Positions 1 to 9,692 are shown, counted from the first letter of the stretch. The stretch: 64,000 nt of DNA from Patescibacteria group bacterium (GCA_038065555.1 JBBTQS010000001.1:128741-192740), one strand, 5' to 3'. The notes: a model not told the origin generated them from the letters alone. Numbers and translations are program-made.

Positions 1-165
1 ATGCGAAATGCCAAGCCCGCTCACAATAATAATGAGCCCACCTGGCACAAAGAGTCCGATGAATGCCAGCGATTCCACGAAAGTAATAGTGAAGACGGCA
101 ACATATCCCCAAATCGCGTGCATGCCGCTCATTGTCTGCAAAAGTTCTGAAAACCACTGTTCCAT
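1..165 (-). CDS. DedA family membrane protein (N-terminal part, runs off the window)
   Basis: Manual translation from ATG 165: MEQWFSELLQTMSGMHAIWGYVAVFTITFVESLAFIGLFVPGG, which has the DedA-type F-x-E-S...G-x-x-x-P-G motif. Extended -10 TGCTATACT at 189-181. Confidence 0.75.
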   Translation of the reverse strand, partial: MEQWFSELLQTMSGMHAIWGYVAVFTITFVESLAFIGLFVPGGLIIIVSGLGISH

Positions 166-190
166 ACTGATTTGGAGTAAAGTATAGCAC

Positions 191-230
191 AAAACAAAGG
201 CCCGCATGACTCCGAGGGAATCATGCGGGC
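191..230 (-). terminator. Intrinsic terminator
   Basis: Stem GCCCGCATGA/TCATGCGGGC (200-230), followed on the minus strand by CTTTGTTTT. Lies downstream of the 258..1103 ORF. Confidence 0.75.
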
Positions 231-257
231 GCTCTGGTTGGTTGTCATGCGTACGCG

Positions 258-1103
258 CTAGTTGCGCGTCTTGCAGGACTCGGGGCGTGGTTGCCTCACG
301 GCGTAGCCGCTGACGCGCAGTGGAATTCGCGATTCGATGTTCCACTCTGCAAGCACTTCGGAAGTGAGTTGGAGGATGAACTCCTGTGCGTGTGCGTCGT
401 GTAGTACATCAACACGTTCGAGGTTGAATCGCTGTGTCTCCGGGTTGGAGACCAGTCGACGACACACTGCATCGCTGAGCTGATCCTGGAAATCAGATGC
501 GGGGCGAGTCAGTGACAGCGCCTCGTACTCCAGCTCTGTGAGCTGGATGTCAGCGCTAATTGTCCAGCGACTCACTTCGCACATTGTGGGTGCTTGTGCT
601 GGGACTTCTTCCATCTCGCACGTGAGCTGGTCAGCGATGATTCGCGCGTTTGGGTTGTACGGCGTGACCGTCACAGTGAACGGAACGGCGATTCTGAATG
701 TCCATTCAGTTCCGGTTACTGTCTCAGTGAAACCACCGGTGATTCTGTACGCGAGACTGCCGTCAGCACGCAGAGGAAGCGGCACGATGCACAGTGCTGC
801 GGCCTGCACGAGCATTGTCGATACCACCAACGTCTTATGACTTCCTGGTCGTGGCGTCGTTTTGACCCAGTCGAAGCAGAAGACGGACAGGTAGAACAAA
901 ACCCCACTGGACGGGAGAATGGGTAAAAGCATGCCCAGCAACACGATCCCACGCTCGTTGGGAGGCACGTTGATGGCGTAGCAGGAGGCCTGGTGGATTA
1001 TGGCGATAATCCAGATCATGCCGCAGATGGACATCTCGTTGCTCGGTCCGCCGACGCTCTTCTTGTCGGTATCAGTCAGTGCTGCTGTTTCGGTTTTGGT
1101 CAA
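258..1103 (-). CDS. Hypothetical membrane protein (N-terminal hydrophobic helices, possibly SPFH-like C-terminal domain)
   Basis: Long ORF with its own promoter and terminator. TTG 1103 is preceded by AAAGGA; ATG 1034 is an alternative start. About three hydrophobic segments. Confidence 0.6.
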   Translation of the reverse strand: MTKTETAALTDTDKKSVGGPSNEMSICGMIWIIAIIHQASCYAINVPPNERGIVLLGMLLPILPSSGVLFYLSVFCFDWVKTTPRPGSHKTLVVSTMLVQAAALCIVPLPLRADGSLAYRITGGFTETVTGTEWTFRIAVPFTVTVTPYNPNARIIADQLTCEMEEVPAQAPTMCEVSRWTISADIQLTELEYEALSLTRPASDFQDQLSDAVCRRLVSNPETQRFNLERVDVLHDAHAQEFILQLTSEVLAEWNIESRIPLRVSGYAVRQPRPESCKTRN

Positions 1104-1141
1104 GGAGCTTTTCCTTTCTGGCGCATGTATGCCAGGTTCGG

Positions 1142-1170
1142 AAGATAGCACAAATTCAGGCCGTTGTCAA
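1142..1170 (-). promoter_or_regulatory. sigma70-type promoter
   Basis: TTGACA-17 nt-TATCTT with TG extension on the minus strand. Confidence 0.65.
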
Positions 1171-1194
1171 TGAGCCTGTTGTGGAGGGTGATTG

Positions 1195-2640
1195 CTACAC
1201 TTTGTATTTGCCTTTGATCTTCGCGACTTCTTCGGATTCAACTTCTTCTGCGCTTGCACGTGCTTTGGATGCGAGTGCAGCGAGATCTGCGTCTGAGAGC
1301 GTGAGCAGGACTTGCGCTCGCGTCATGAGCCATTCTCGCGTGTTGCGTGATGGATCAACAAGAACATCTTCGAGAAGTGCATTGAGCATCCAGCCCAGCC
1401 GGGGACCGGGCGCAACAGCGAGTTCGTTCATGAGAACGGTTCCATCGATCTCGAGCATCTTCACGGAGATTGGATCGCGCGCGACTTTTTCGATCATGAA
1501 TTCGAGATGTCGTAGGCGGTAGGGGCGTGCTTTTGCAACACCTGATCCCATGCGTTCGGCAATGCGAACCTTGAGCAGATCCTGGATGTTCTCTGCACCA
1601 ACTTTCTTCACCAGTCGACGAATGGCTGCTTCGGTCACAACACCAACGTCGTAGAAGAAGAGATGATAGCGGACAAGCGTAACTACTTTGACACCAAACT
1701 CCTTTGAGAATTTGAGACGTTGCATGATGGCACGTGCTTGCTTGGCGCCAACAATATCGTGGTTGTAGAATGTGGAGTTGTATCCGTCTCCTGCCTTGGT
1801 TGCAGGCTTGCCCACGTCGTGCAGGAGAGACGCCCAACGTACCGCAGTTGTGTATCCGTATTCTGCCGCAAAGTCCAGTGATAGCACGTTGTGTTCGAAG
1901 ACCGTATACACGTGGTGTTTGTTCTGTCCCACGCCAACACCAGCCTCAAGTTCTGGTAAGATGCGCGCGAGCAGTCCGCAGTCGTGTAGCAAATGAAATG
2001 CGCGCGAGGGTTGCTTTGGCGCATTGATCATTTTGGTGAGCTCGTCACGTACACGCTCGGGGGACACGTGGTCGATGAGGTGTGCGTTCTTGGTGATGGC
2101 AGCAAATGTTGCAGGCTCTATCTCGAATCCGAGCACCGTTGCAAATCGAATAGCGCGCAACATGCGAAGTGCGTCCTCGTTGAATCGTTCATCAGCATCA
2201 CGTACCGCGCGTACAATGCCGTTGTCTAGATCACGCTGACCATCATACGGATCAACAATACGCGTCCCATCAAATGCCATGGCATTGATAGTGAAATCAC
2301 GGCGTGACAAATCTTCCTCAAGTGACACGCCGAACTGTACGGAATCGGGACGACGACGGTCTGAATATCCAGCTTCTGCACGAAACGGTGTGATTTCGAC
2401 TTTGCTCTCTTCTGGGATCTCAGGAACTGGCTTGAGAGTGACGGTGCCGAAATCGTTTTCGCAAAAGCTCTCGGGAAAAAGTCGCTGGATCTCTTCGGGG
2501 TGCGCGCTGGTCGCAATATCCCAATCTGTGGGTGTCACACCACGCAAGACGTCGCGCACACATCCACCCACCGCGTATGCCTGATGGCCAGCCGTGTGCA
2601 GTGTCGCGAGAATGAAGGTGAGAAATGCGGGAAGTTCCAT
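1195..2640 (-). CDS. cca: CCA tRNA nucleotidyltransferase with HD domain
   Basis: VGGCVRD, DWDIAT, RRDFTINAMA and EDALRMLRAIRF motifs, plus LLHDVGK HD domain. Confidence 0.9.
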   Translation of the reverse strand: MELPAFLTFILATLHTAGHQAYAVGGCVRDVLRGVTPTDWDIATSAHPEEIQRLFPESFCENDFGTVTLKPVPEIPEESKVEITPFRAEAGYSDRRRPDSVQFGVSLEEDLSRRDFTINAMAFDGTRIVDPYDGQRDLDNGIVRAVRDADERFNEDALRMLRAIRFATVLGFEIEPATFAAITKNAHLIDHVSPERVRDELTKMINAPKQPSRAFHLLHDCGLLARILPELEAGVGVGQNKHHVYTVFEHNVLSLDFAAEYGYTTAVRWASLLHDVGKPATKAGDGYNSTFYNHDIVGAKQARAIMQRLKFSKEFGVKVVTLVRYHLFFYDVGVVTEAAIRRLVKKVGAENIQDLLKVRIAERMGSGVAKARPYRLRHLEFMIEKVARDPISVKMLEIDGTVLMNELAVAPGPRLGWMLNALLEDVLVDPSRNTREWLMTRAQVLLTLSDADLAALASKARASAEEVESEEVAKIKGKYKV

Positions 2641-2699
2641 GTCGCGAATCATACCGATTTTCGACCAAACCGTAAAGTTCGCGTATACTTATGGCATCT

Positions 2700-4520
2700 A
2701 TGTACGTGCAAGGAGGTTCACGCTCGCAGGCAATGCGCGTCGGCAATGGTCGCCTTCACAGTGGCGCGAGTGCTCGCACCAGCGCACCAGCAACAGCAGT
2801 CAATCATCGACCGCTCATTTTTTTGCGCACGATTTCAATTGTTCTGGTGTGTGTCATGATTGCGCGGCTCTTCGTGATGCAGGTGGTACAACATGAGTTC
2901 TACACTGCACTTGCCGCTGGTACGCAGGATATTTATCGATCGCTCTTGCCCAAGCGTGGTGGTATCTATGTACAAGATCGTTCACGCGGGACGACGCTCA
3001 CGCCACTTGCGCTGCATCGCACCGTCTACCAAGCATTCCTCGACAACGCAGACAAGCCTGACTACGGCGCAATCGCCGATCAGTTTGCTCGCGTCTACAC
3101 ACTCGACAAACCTGCGCGTGACGTACTCTACGACACACTCAAGAATTCCAAACCCGAAAGTCGTTACGTACCGCTGCCAGGTTACGACAAGGTAACAGAT
3201 GATCAGCGCGATGCACTTGCAACCAAGAAATTGCAGGGTTTGTATTTTGCCCCGCGTCCATATCGGTACTACCCAGAAGCGAATTTTGCTTCTCATATTC
3301 TCGGATTCTACGGGATGGGTTCTGATGGCAAGGCAAAGGGGTCGTATGGTATCGAGGGCTATTACCAATCCACACTCGCGGGGCAACAAGGATTCATTGA
3401 AGGCAAGCGTGACGCATTTGGCGGATGGATTCCAGTTGCAAGTCGTGAGCATCAGGCTGCACGTGATGGAGCAGATGTTGTGCTCACGATCGATCAGACA
3501 ATTCAGTTGCGCGCATGCGAAGAGTTGGAGCGTATCGCAAAGGAATCACAGTCTGTGAGTGCGACGTCTATTATCATGAATCCCAAGACGGGCGCGATCA
3601 TGGCAATGTGTAGCTATCCGACATTTGATCCGAATACGTATAACAAGGTTGATTCAGCGGCGGTGTACAACAATCATGCGATCTTTACCGCGTACGAGCC
3701 TGGGTCGATTTTCAAGACCGTCACGATGGCTGCGGCGCTAGACAAGAATGTCATTACTCCGGAGCTCACGTATGATGATCCAGGATCGCGTCAGATTGAT
3801 GGATTCACAATCTATAATGCGCAGCGCAAGAATTGGGGGAGACAAACCATGACAGGAGTGCTCGAGCGTTCGATCAACACGGGCATGATTCTCATTGTTG
3901 AGAAATTAGGTCGTGCAGACTTCGCTGAGTATGTAGACCGGTTCGGATTTGGGAAGAAGACCGGGATAGAGCTCAACACGGAGAGCGCGGGCACTGTCGT
4001 ATCACTGCAGAAGAAAGGATTGGTGTACGCAGCAACAGCATCATTTGGACAAGGTATCACTGCAACGCCGATTCAGATGACACAAGCCTACGCCGCGATG
4101 GCCAACGGCGGCGTGCTCATGCAACCAACCATCGTGAGTCAGGTTCGATATCCTGATGGTCATGTGGAAGTGCGTGAGCCTGTTGTGGTTCGTCGCGTGA
4201 TCAGCCCACAAGCATCGTTCCTGATCTCTGGAATGTTGACCTCTGTTATTGAGACAACGTATCGCAAGGTTGCATATGTTCCTGGGTATCACTTCGGCGG
4301 CAAGACAGGTACGGCGCAGATTGCAGACCAAGGCGGATATAGTGACGAAACCAACCACAGTTTTGTCGGCTATGGACCTATCGAAGATCCGCAGTTCGTC
4401 GTGTTCTCCAAATTCGAACAACCACAGCGTGAGTGGGCAGAATCTACTGCAGCGCCATACTTTGGCAAAATGGCCAAATTCTTGGTACAGTACCTGCGAA
4501 TTCCTCCCACAACCAGATAA
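2700..4520 (+). CDS. ftsI: Class B penicillin-binding protein (FtsI/PBP3-like transpeptidase)
   Basis: N-terminal TM, RGGIY, YEPGSIFK (SxxK), SIN (SxN) and GKTGTAQ. Adjacent to murF; a separate mrdA exists in the window. Start is 2691 or 2700. Confidence 0.8.
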   Translation: MYVQGGSRSQAMRVGNGRLHSGASARTSAPATAVNHRPLIFLRTISIVLVCVMIARLFVMQVVQHEFYTALAAGTQDIYRSLLPKRGGIYVQDRSRGTTLTPLALHRTVYQAFLDNADKPDYGAIADQFARVYTLDKPARDVLYDTLKNSKPESRYVPLPGYDKVTDDQRDALATKKLQGLYFAPRPYRYYPEANFASHILGFYGMGSDGKAKGSYGIEGYYQSTLAGQQGFIEGKRDAFGGWIPVASREHQAARDGADVVLTIDQTIQLRACEELERIAKESQSVSATSIIMNPKTGAIMAMCSYPTFDPNTYNKVDSAAVYNNHAIFTAYEPGSIFKTVTMAAALDKNVITPELTYDDPGSRQIDGFTIYNAQRKNWGRQTMTGVLERSINTGMILIVEKLGRADFAEYVDRFGFGKKTGIELNTESAGTVVSLQKKGLVYAATASFGQGITATPIQMTQAYAAMANGGVLMQPTIVSQVRYPDGHVEVREPVVVRRVISPQASFLISGMLTSVIETTYRKVAYVPGYHFGGKTGTAQIADQGGYSDETNHSFVGYGPIEDPQFVVFSKFEQPQREWAESTAAPYFGKMAKFLVQYLRIPPTTR

Positions 4521-4525
4521 GCTGT

Positions 4526-5812
4526 ATGAGTAGAAAGATTCTCGAAAAGGTGTTGCGCTGGTGCACGAGACGTATTTTGAAGAAGTACAAGCCAGCCGTG
4601 ATCGGCGTCGCAGGTTCTGTAGGCAAGACAACAACTCGCGAAGCCATTGCTGCCGTACTTTCGCAGCAATTTTCGGTTCGTCAGAGTATTCGCAGCTACA
4701 ACGATGGGATCGGCGTTCCAATGACCATCATCGGCCTAGAAAGTCCGGGCAAGTCTGTTGCCGGGTGGGTGACAGTGTTTTTTTACGTTGCACGACTGTT
4801 GCTCACGCGCATGTCGTATCCGAAGAAACTTATTGTAGAGATGGGGACGGATCGTCCAGGGGACATCGCGTATCTTACCGAGATGTGTCCACCAGATGTT
4901 GCCGTGCTCACGGCGATTTCTCCGGAGCATTATGAGTACTTCAAATCCATGGAGCGATTGGAGGATGAAGAAAAAACGATCGTACGTGCGCTCCGGCCAG
5001 GGGGCGTGGCAGTGCTCAATGGCGATGATGCTCGTGTTATGGGGGAGAGTGCGACTATTCCAGGACCCGTGATGACATTTGGTTTTGGAGATCATGTGGA
5101 TATGCGTGTTGCGCATGCGGCGATGGTGCGAGACGAACATCGTGTGCAGGGAATGGAGTTCGGACTCACGCTCGGGCAGCGTTCGTTGCACGCGCGTGTG
5201 GAAGGTGTGATTGGAACACAGCATGGATATGCCCTTGCGGCTGCAGCAGCAGTTGGTGTGCATTTCGGCATGGAAGACGCGGATATTGAGAAGGGATTGT
5301 CGCTCTATCGCGCAGCACCTGGACGAATGCGTCTCATCGAAGGTGTGAAGCACACGACGATTATTGACGATACATACAACGCGTCACCTCGCGCAGCACA
5401 AGTCGCTGTAGAGACATTGGCAAAGACGCCGGTGGGATCTGAGCGGGGAGAGCGATACGCAGTGCTTGGCGATATGCTCGAACTCGGTTCTATCACGCGA
5501 GAAGAACATGAGGATCTTGGACGCATTGTTGTAGACAACAAAATTGATTTCCTTATTACTGTAGGTCCAGCGAGCAAGCATAGCGCCGCTGCCGCGCTTG
5601 ATGAAGGGATGGATGAACATCGTATTGCGAAGTTCGACACGTCCGTTGCGGCAGGTGCATTTTTGCAGGAGAAGTTGGAGGTGGGTGATGTGGTTCTGGT
5701 GAAGGGCTCGCAAGGTGTTCGTATGGAAAAAATTGTTCGCGAAATTATGGCGCGCCCTGAAGACGCGCCAACGCTCATTGCCCGAACCTATGGAAAGTGG
5801 CTTGAAGACTAA
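4526..5812 (+). CDS. murF: UDP-N-acetylmuramoyl-tripeptide--D-Ala-D-Ala ligase
   Basis: GSVGKTTT P-loop, IDDTYNASP, VLGDMLELG and VLVKGSQGVRME. Confidence 0.9.
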   Translation: MSRKILEKVLRWCTRRILKKYKPAVIGVAGSVGKTTTREAIAAVLSQQFSVRQSIRSYNDGIGVPMTIIGLESPGKSVAGWVTVFFYVARLLLTRMSYPKKLIVEMGTDRPGDIAYLTEMCPPDVAVLTAISPEHYEYFKSMERLEDEEKTIVRALRPGGVAVLNGDDARVMGESATIPGPVMTFGFGDHVDMRVAHAAMVRDEHRVQGMEFGLTLGQRSLHARVEGVIGTQHGYALAAAAAVGVHFGMEDADIEKGLSLYRAAPGRMRLIEGVKHTTIIDDTYNASPRAAQVAVETLAKTPVGSERGERYAVLGDMLELGSITREEHEDLGRIVVDNKIDFLITVGPASKHSAAAALDEGMDEHRIAKFDTSVAAGAFLQEKLEVGDVVLVKGSQGVRMEKIVREIMARPEDAPTLIARTYGKWLED

Positions 5813-7568
5813 ACCTGCTCCAACTGCATCAGTAAAAGACGTTGTTCAGTTTTTCTGGGCGGTTGCGAGGCCGTACCGACTCGGTATTGGTGTTGTTGTG
5901 CTGATGGTTCTCTTTGGTGCTATAGGTGACCTCCTTGTCCCTGTCGCGCTCAAGTATTTGATTGATGCCATGCGCGACGGATCGCCGCACGAGCTCATTG
6001 TGCAGACATTCCTGTGGCTTGTTGCGGCAAAGATTTTTGTGTGGGGAGCGGGACGTATTCGAGAATTCGTAGTGATTGAGTGGCAGTCCAAAATCATGGT
6101 GCAAATGCAGACCCGAGTTGCTGACTACTTGCTGCGTCATTCGTTCCAGTATTTTACTGACGCGTTTGCAGGATCGCTGGTGCGCAAGGTGATCCGTGTG
6201 TCGCGATCATTTGAAGTGTTTGTTGATGAGTTTGAGGTCAAGCTGATCCCGATGTTTGTCACGCTCATTGGTACTACACTCTTGCTAACGTGGAGATTCC
6301 CGTTGTTAGGACTGGCGTTTTTCGGATGGATTGCGTTATTTTTGTTTGTGAATTTGCGAATAGCTTTTTGGAAGCGAACGCTCGATGTTGCGCGAGCTGA
6401 TGCTGATTCTCATGCTGTTGCCACACTCGCTGATACATTGTCTAATGTTTCGACCATCAAGTATTTTGCAACAGAGCAACGCGAGGCTGAGCGATTCCAA
6501 GGTGTGGCAAATGCCTGGGGATCGCTGCTTCATCGTGGATGGGTCGTGGGAGTCAGAGCGAATTTGTTCCAACTTGCTCTCACGTTGCTCCTCGAAATTG
6601 TCTTGATGTGGTATGGCATTACATTGTGGGAACGAGGCATCATGAGTATTGGTGATTTGGTGTTCCTGCAGAGTGTGCTGCTCGTCGTCTTTGCTCGCAT
6701 TGTTGATGTGGGTCGTAGTCTGCGCAAGTTGATGGAAGCATATTCGGATGCCGCTGACACGGTGAGTATTTTGTCTACAAAACATGGAGTGGTAGACGCG
6801 CCGCGCGCAAAGGCTATCGTGGTGAAGAAAGGCTCTATTCAATTTGATGCAGTCACATTTGGCTATGGAGACAACGCGCCAGTGTTGCGCGATTTTGCGT
6901 TGTCGATTGCGTCACGTGAGAAGGTGGCGCTCGTTGGACATTCAGGTGCTGGGAAATCTACGATTTCGAAATTGTTGTTGCGTCTGTACGATGTTCAAGG
7001 CGGAACCATCTTGATTGATGGAGTGGATATCAAGAGTGTCAAACAGCGCTCGTTGCGTGAATCCGTTGCGTATGTTCCGCAAGAGCCCGCACTCTTCCAT
7101 CGTACGCTCGCAGACAATATTCGGTACGCACGACCTGAGGCAACTGATGCGCAGGTGCGGCGCGCAGCAAAACTTGCGCACTGTGATGAATTCATCGCGC
7201 GGCTTCCCAATGGGTATGACACGTATGTAGGAGAGCGTGGCGTGAAATTGTCTGGTGGTGAGCGTCAACGCGTTGCCATTGCGCGCGCCATTCTCAAGGA
7301 TGCGCCGATTGTGCTCTTTGACGAGGCTACTTCTTCTCTTGATTCTGAATCAGAGCAACTCATTCAGGCAGCGCTCGACGATCTCATGCGCAACAAAACG
7401 ACTATTGTCATCGCACATCGACTTTCGACCATCGCACATATGGATCGCATTGTTGTTGTGGAAGACGGTCAAGTGCGTGCCATGGGGGATCACAAGGAGT
7501 TGTACGCATCTGATGAGCGATACCGCACATTGTGGGATATCCAGGCAGGTGGATTTGCAGCAGAGTAG
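5790..7568 (+). CDS. ABC exporter, fused permease/ATP-binding protein
   Basis: Multi-TM N-terminal domain, GHSGAGKS, LSGGERQR, DEATSSLD and IAHRLST. Confidence 0.92.
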   Translation: MESGLKTKPAPTASVKDVVQFFWAVARPYRLGIGVVVLMVLFGAIGDLLVPVALKYLIDAMRDGSPHELIVQTFLWLVAAKIFVWGAGRIREFVVIEWQSKIMVQMQTRVADYLLRHSFQYFTDAFAGSLVRKVIRVSRSFEVFVDEFEVKLIPMFVTLIGTTLLLTWRFPLLGLAFFGWIALFLFVNLRIAFWKRTLDVARADADSHAVATLADTLSNVSTIKYFATEQREAERFQGVANAWGSLLHRGWVVGVRANLFQLALTLLLEIVLMWYGITLWERGIMSIGDLVFLQSVLLVVFARIVDVGRSLRKLMEAYSDAADTVSILSTKHGVVDAPRAKAIVVKKGSIQFDAVTFGYGDNAPVLRDFALSIASREKVALVGHSGAGKSTISKLLLRLYDVQGGTILIDGVDIKSVKQRSLRESVAYVPQEPALFHRTLADNIRYARPEATDAQVRRAAKLAHCDEFIARLPNGYDTYVGERGVKLSGGERQRVAIARAILKDAPIVLFDEATSSLDSESEQLIQAALDDLMRNKTTIVIAHRLSTIAHMDRIVVVEDGQVRAMGDHKELYASDERYRTLWDIQAGGFAAE

Positions 7569-7571
7569 TAT

Positions 7572-7600
7572 TTGACAGTTGTGGTTGTGTGAGTTACTGT
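7572..7600 (+). promoter_or_regulatory. sigma70-type promoter
   Basis: TTGACA-17 nt-TACTGT. Confidence 0.5.
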
Positions 7601-7705
7601 GCCATCTATTCTTTTTGTGGATTTTTTTGAACAAGCGAAGACATCCATAAGAATGATACGCATTCTGACCGAAGCATCCGGTAGCTGATGCACAGAGGAG
7701 AGAAG

Positions 7706-8200
7706 ATGAGAGAGCGATTGATCAAGATCATGGCCAGCATCCTGGTTGGGCTCGTTATCCTGGGAATCATCGGGATGCTGATCTATTCTTCGAGGGAAGC
7801 GTACAAGGAACGTTGGGCTGCACTGGAAAAGGAGCCCAACGCACAGCTGTGCGTTCACGACGCGACTGGACGCGACGCTATCGGCATCTGGGTGGTGAAC
7901 TGGAATGGAGATCTGCAAACAAACGCAGTCGAGCTGAAACCACTTCCTGAAGATCGTTCGGTGCTGTGTGCTTGGGGAGGGAGCGTGCCGGTTTCGCGCT
8001 CCTTTCACGAGGTGTTAGTTACTGGATTGACGGAGGTGGAACGCGTGTACCTCTGTCAGAAATCCCCTTCGGGCAGCAAGAGCCTCGCAGAAATATGTGA
8101 ATCGATTCCCATTCTGCTAGATGGGAATGCGACATTTCAACTTCGTGCTAAGGAAGAAGTGGTGCCTTCGACACAGCCGCAGATCACTCTCGGCACGTAG
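7706..8200 (+). CDS. Hypothetical single-pass membrane/exported protein
   Basis: AGGAG upstream of ATG 7706, N-terminal hydrophobic helix, four Cys, terminator downstream. Confidence 0.65.
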   Translation: MRERLIKIMASILVGLVILGIIGMLIYSSREAYKERWAALEKEPNAQLCVHDATGRDAIGIWVVNWNGDLQTNAVELKPLPEDRSVLCAWGGSVPVSRSFHEVLVTGLTEVERVYLCQKSPSGSKSLAEICESIPILLDGNATFQLRAKEEVVPSTQPQITLGT

Positions 8201-8240
8201 TCGCTTTACCTGTAACCTAGCACCTGAATCAAACCCATCC

Positions 8241-8290
8241 CCCGGCACGTACCACTTGAACAAGTGGAGAACGGCCGGGAGTTTTCTTTT
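8241..8290 (+). terminator. Intrinsic terminator-like hairpin
   Basis: CCCGGC..CCACTTG AA CAAGTGG..GCCGGG, followed by AGTTTTCTTTT. Confidence 0.65.
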
Positions 8291-8293
8291 GCA

Positions 8294-8322
8294 TTGACTT
8301 ATTCGCTAAATTATGCTAGAGT
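8294..8322 (+). promoter_or_regulatory. sigma70-type promoter
   Basis: TTGACT-17 nt-TAGAGT with TG extension. Confidence 0.6.
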
Positions 8323-8361
8323 TCGTTATTACCCTTGGTTGCAACTACTGGACATGCGCGT

Positions 8362-9576
8362 ATGCATATTCTCTCCAACGCATTTCCATCGAACATGCCC
8401 GACGCTGAGCAGATTTCGCAAGGCGGACCTGCCAACTTTGCGCATTTGTTCATCAAGCATATTGTGTCTCGGACAACACATCGTTGGACAGGTGTTCTCT
8501 TTGAGAGCGTGTCAGCTGGTGCAACTGCTTGTGAGAAGAAGCATACATTTCAGCAACAGGAGTATTATCAGTTGCGAGTATTGCGTTCGGCATTGCAATC
8601 AGTTGTAGCAGCGAAGAAAATTGTCGATCCTGCACTCTTGCTCAAGAAGCCGATCCAGTACATTGTGGAGTTGATCGAAGCGCAAAAACCAGACATTATT
8701 TTTTTGAATGGATTCGGTATCTACAATTGGATGCTGCTCAAAGCAGGGGAGATCACACAGACTCCAGTTGTTATCCAGCACGCTGGCATCTGGACCAAGG
8801 AACTCTCGATTCACAAGAAACGGTATTCAGCTGCGGGGAGAAAAATCATGGAGTTGATGGAACAAGATTCAACACGGATCGCGTCATTTGAAATTTTTCT
8901 CAACGAGTGGAGCAAGAAATACTACCATTCCGCGATTGCAAATGGTGCAGAGCAAAACTGTGGCGTAGTTCCATTGCCATTTGACTTCGCGTCGTTCAAA
9001 AAACTTGTTGCACAAAAAAGTGCTACGGTTTTTGCATTCGACTCTGCGACAGTTCACATCGGCATTATTGCACGTTGGGATGATATCAAGAATCATGGCG
9101 CGGTGTTGGCACTGGCAAAAGAGGCCAAACGCCGGCAGTTGCCATGGGAGTTCCATGCTGTTACTTCAATTCCAGAGACCGACCAGTACACGCGAGCGCG
9201 CGCAGCGTATGCAAAGCACGTCGATATTGTTCCGCCGCTTGATCGTGAGGGCATTGCTCAATTTTGTAAGGCGGTTGATCTGTTGGTGCTCCCGTCGAGA
9301 TTCGACGTGTCACCAACTGTTGTCCTTGAGGCAGTTGCATCAAATACTCCGATCGTGATTTCACCAACCGTTGGATTTGCAGACGCATTTCAGAAGTGGG
9401 GCGGCAAGAATTGGGTCGTTGATTTCACGGACACTGCTCATGCTGCGGGTTGTATCAAAAAACTGCTTGGCAAACCAATGCCAAAGCAACTGTTGACAAC
9501 CATCAAGCAAAATCACAAAGCAACCACAGTCTTTGTGGCGTACTTGCAAATCTTCAAAAATGCATTGGCGCGATAG
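8362..9576 (+). CDS. Glycosyltransferase family 4
   Basis: GT-B C-terminal signature DLLVLPSRFDVSPTVVLEAVASNTPIVIS and ARWDDIKN. Start uncertain. Confidence 0.8.
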   Translation: MHILSNAFPSNMPDAEQISQGGPANFAHLFIKHIVSRTTHRWTGVLFESVSAGATACEKKHTFQQQEYYQLRVLRSALQSVVAAKKIVDPALLLKKPIQYIVELIEAQKPDIIFLNGFGIYNWMLLKAGEITQTPVVIQHAGIWTKELSIHKKRYSAAGRKIMELMEQDSTRIASFEIFLNEWSKKYYHSAIANGAEQNCGVVPLPFDFASFKKLVAQKSATVFAFDSATVHIGIIARWDDIKNHGAVLALAKEAKRRQLPWEFHAVTSIPETDQYTRARAAYAKHVDIVPPLDREGIAQFCKAVDLLVLPSRFDVSPTVVLEAVASNTPIVISPTVGFADAFQKWGGKNWVVDFTDTAHAAGCIKKLLGKPMPKQLLTTIKQNHKATTVFVAYLQIFKNALAR

Positions 9577-9578
9577 AG

Positions 9579-9650
9579 TACCGCTACGGAGAATCGAACT
9601 CCGATTACGTGGATGAGAACCACGCGTCCTAGCCGTTAGACGATAGCGGC
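9579..9650 (-). tRNA. tRNA-Glu(CTC)
   Basis: Cloverleaf GCCGCTA..GTCTAACGGCTAGGAC G CGTGG TTCTCAT CCACG TAAT CGGAG TTCGATT CTCCG TAGCGGT A. No encoded CCA. Confidence 0.95.
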
Positions 9651-9663
9651 AAAAAGCATCCAT

Positions 9664-9692
9664 TTTATACCAAGAGTCAGGTTGCATGTCAA
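9664..9692 (-). promoter_or_regulatory. tRNA promoter
   Basis: TTGACA-17 nt-TATAAA, 13 nt before the mature tRNA 5' end. Confidence 0.75.

Noticed and set aside
7569-9578. Possible island integrated at the tRNA-Glu 3' end (ORFan plus GT4)
   Set aside because: No integrase, and I found no duplicated tRNA 3' fragment marking an att site.
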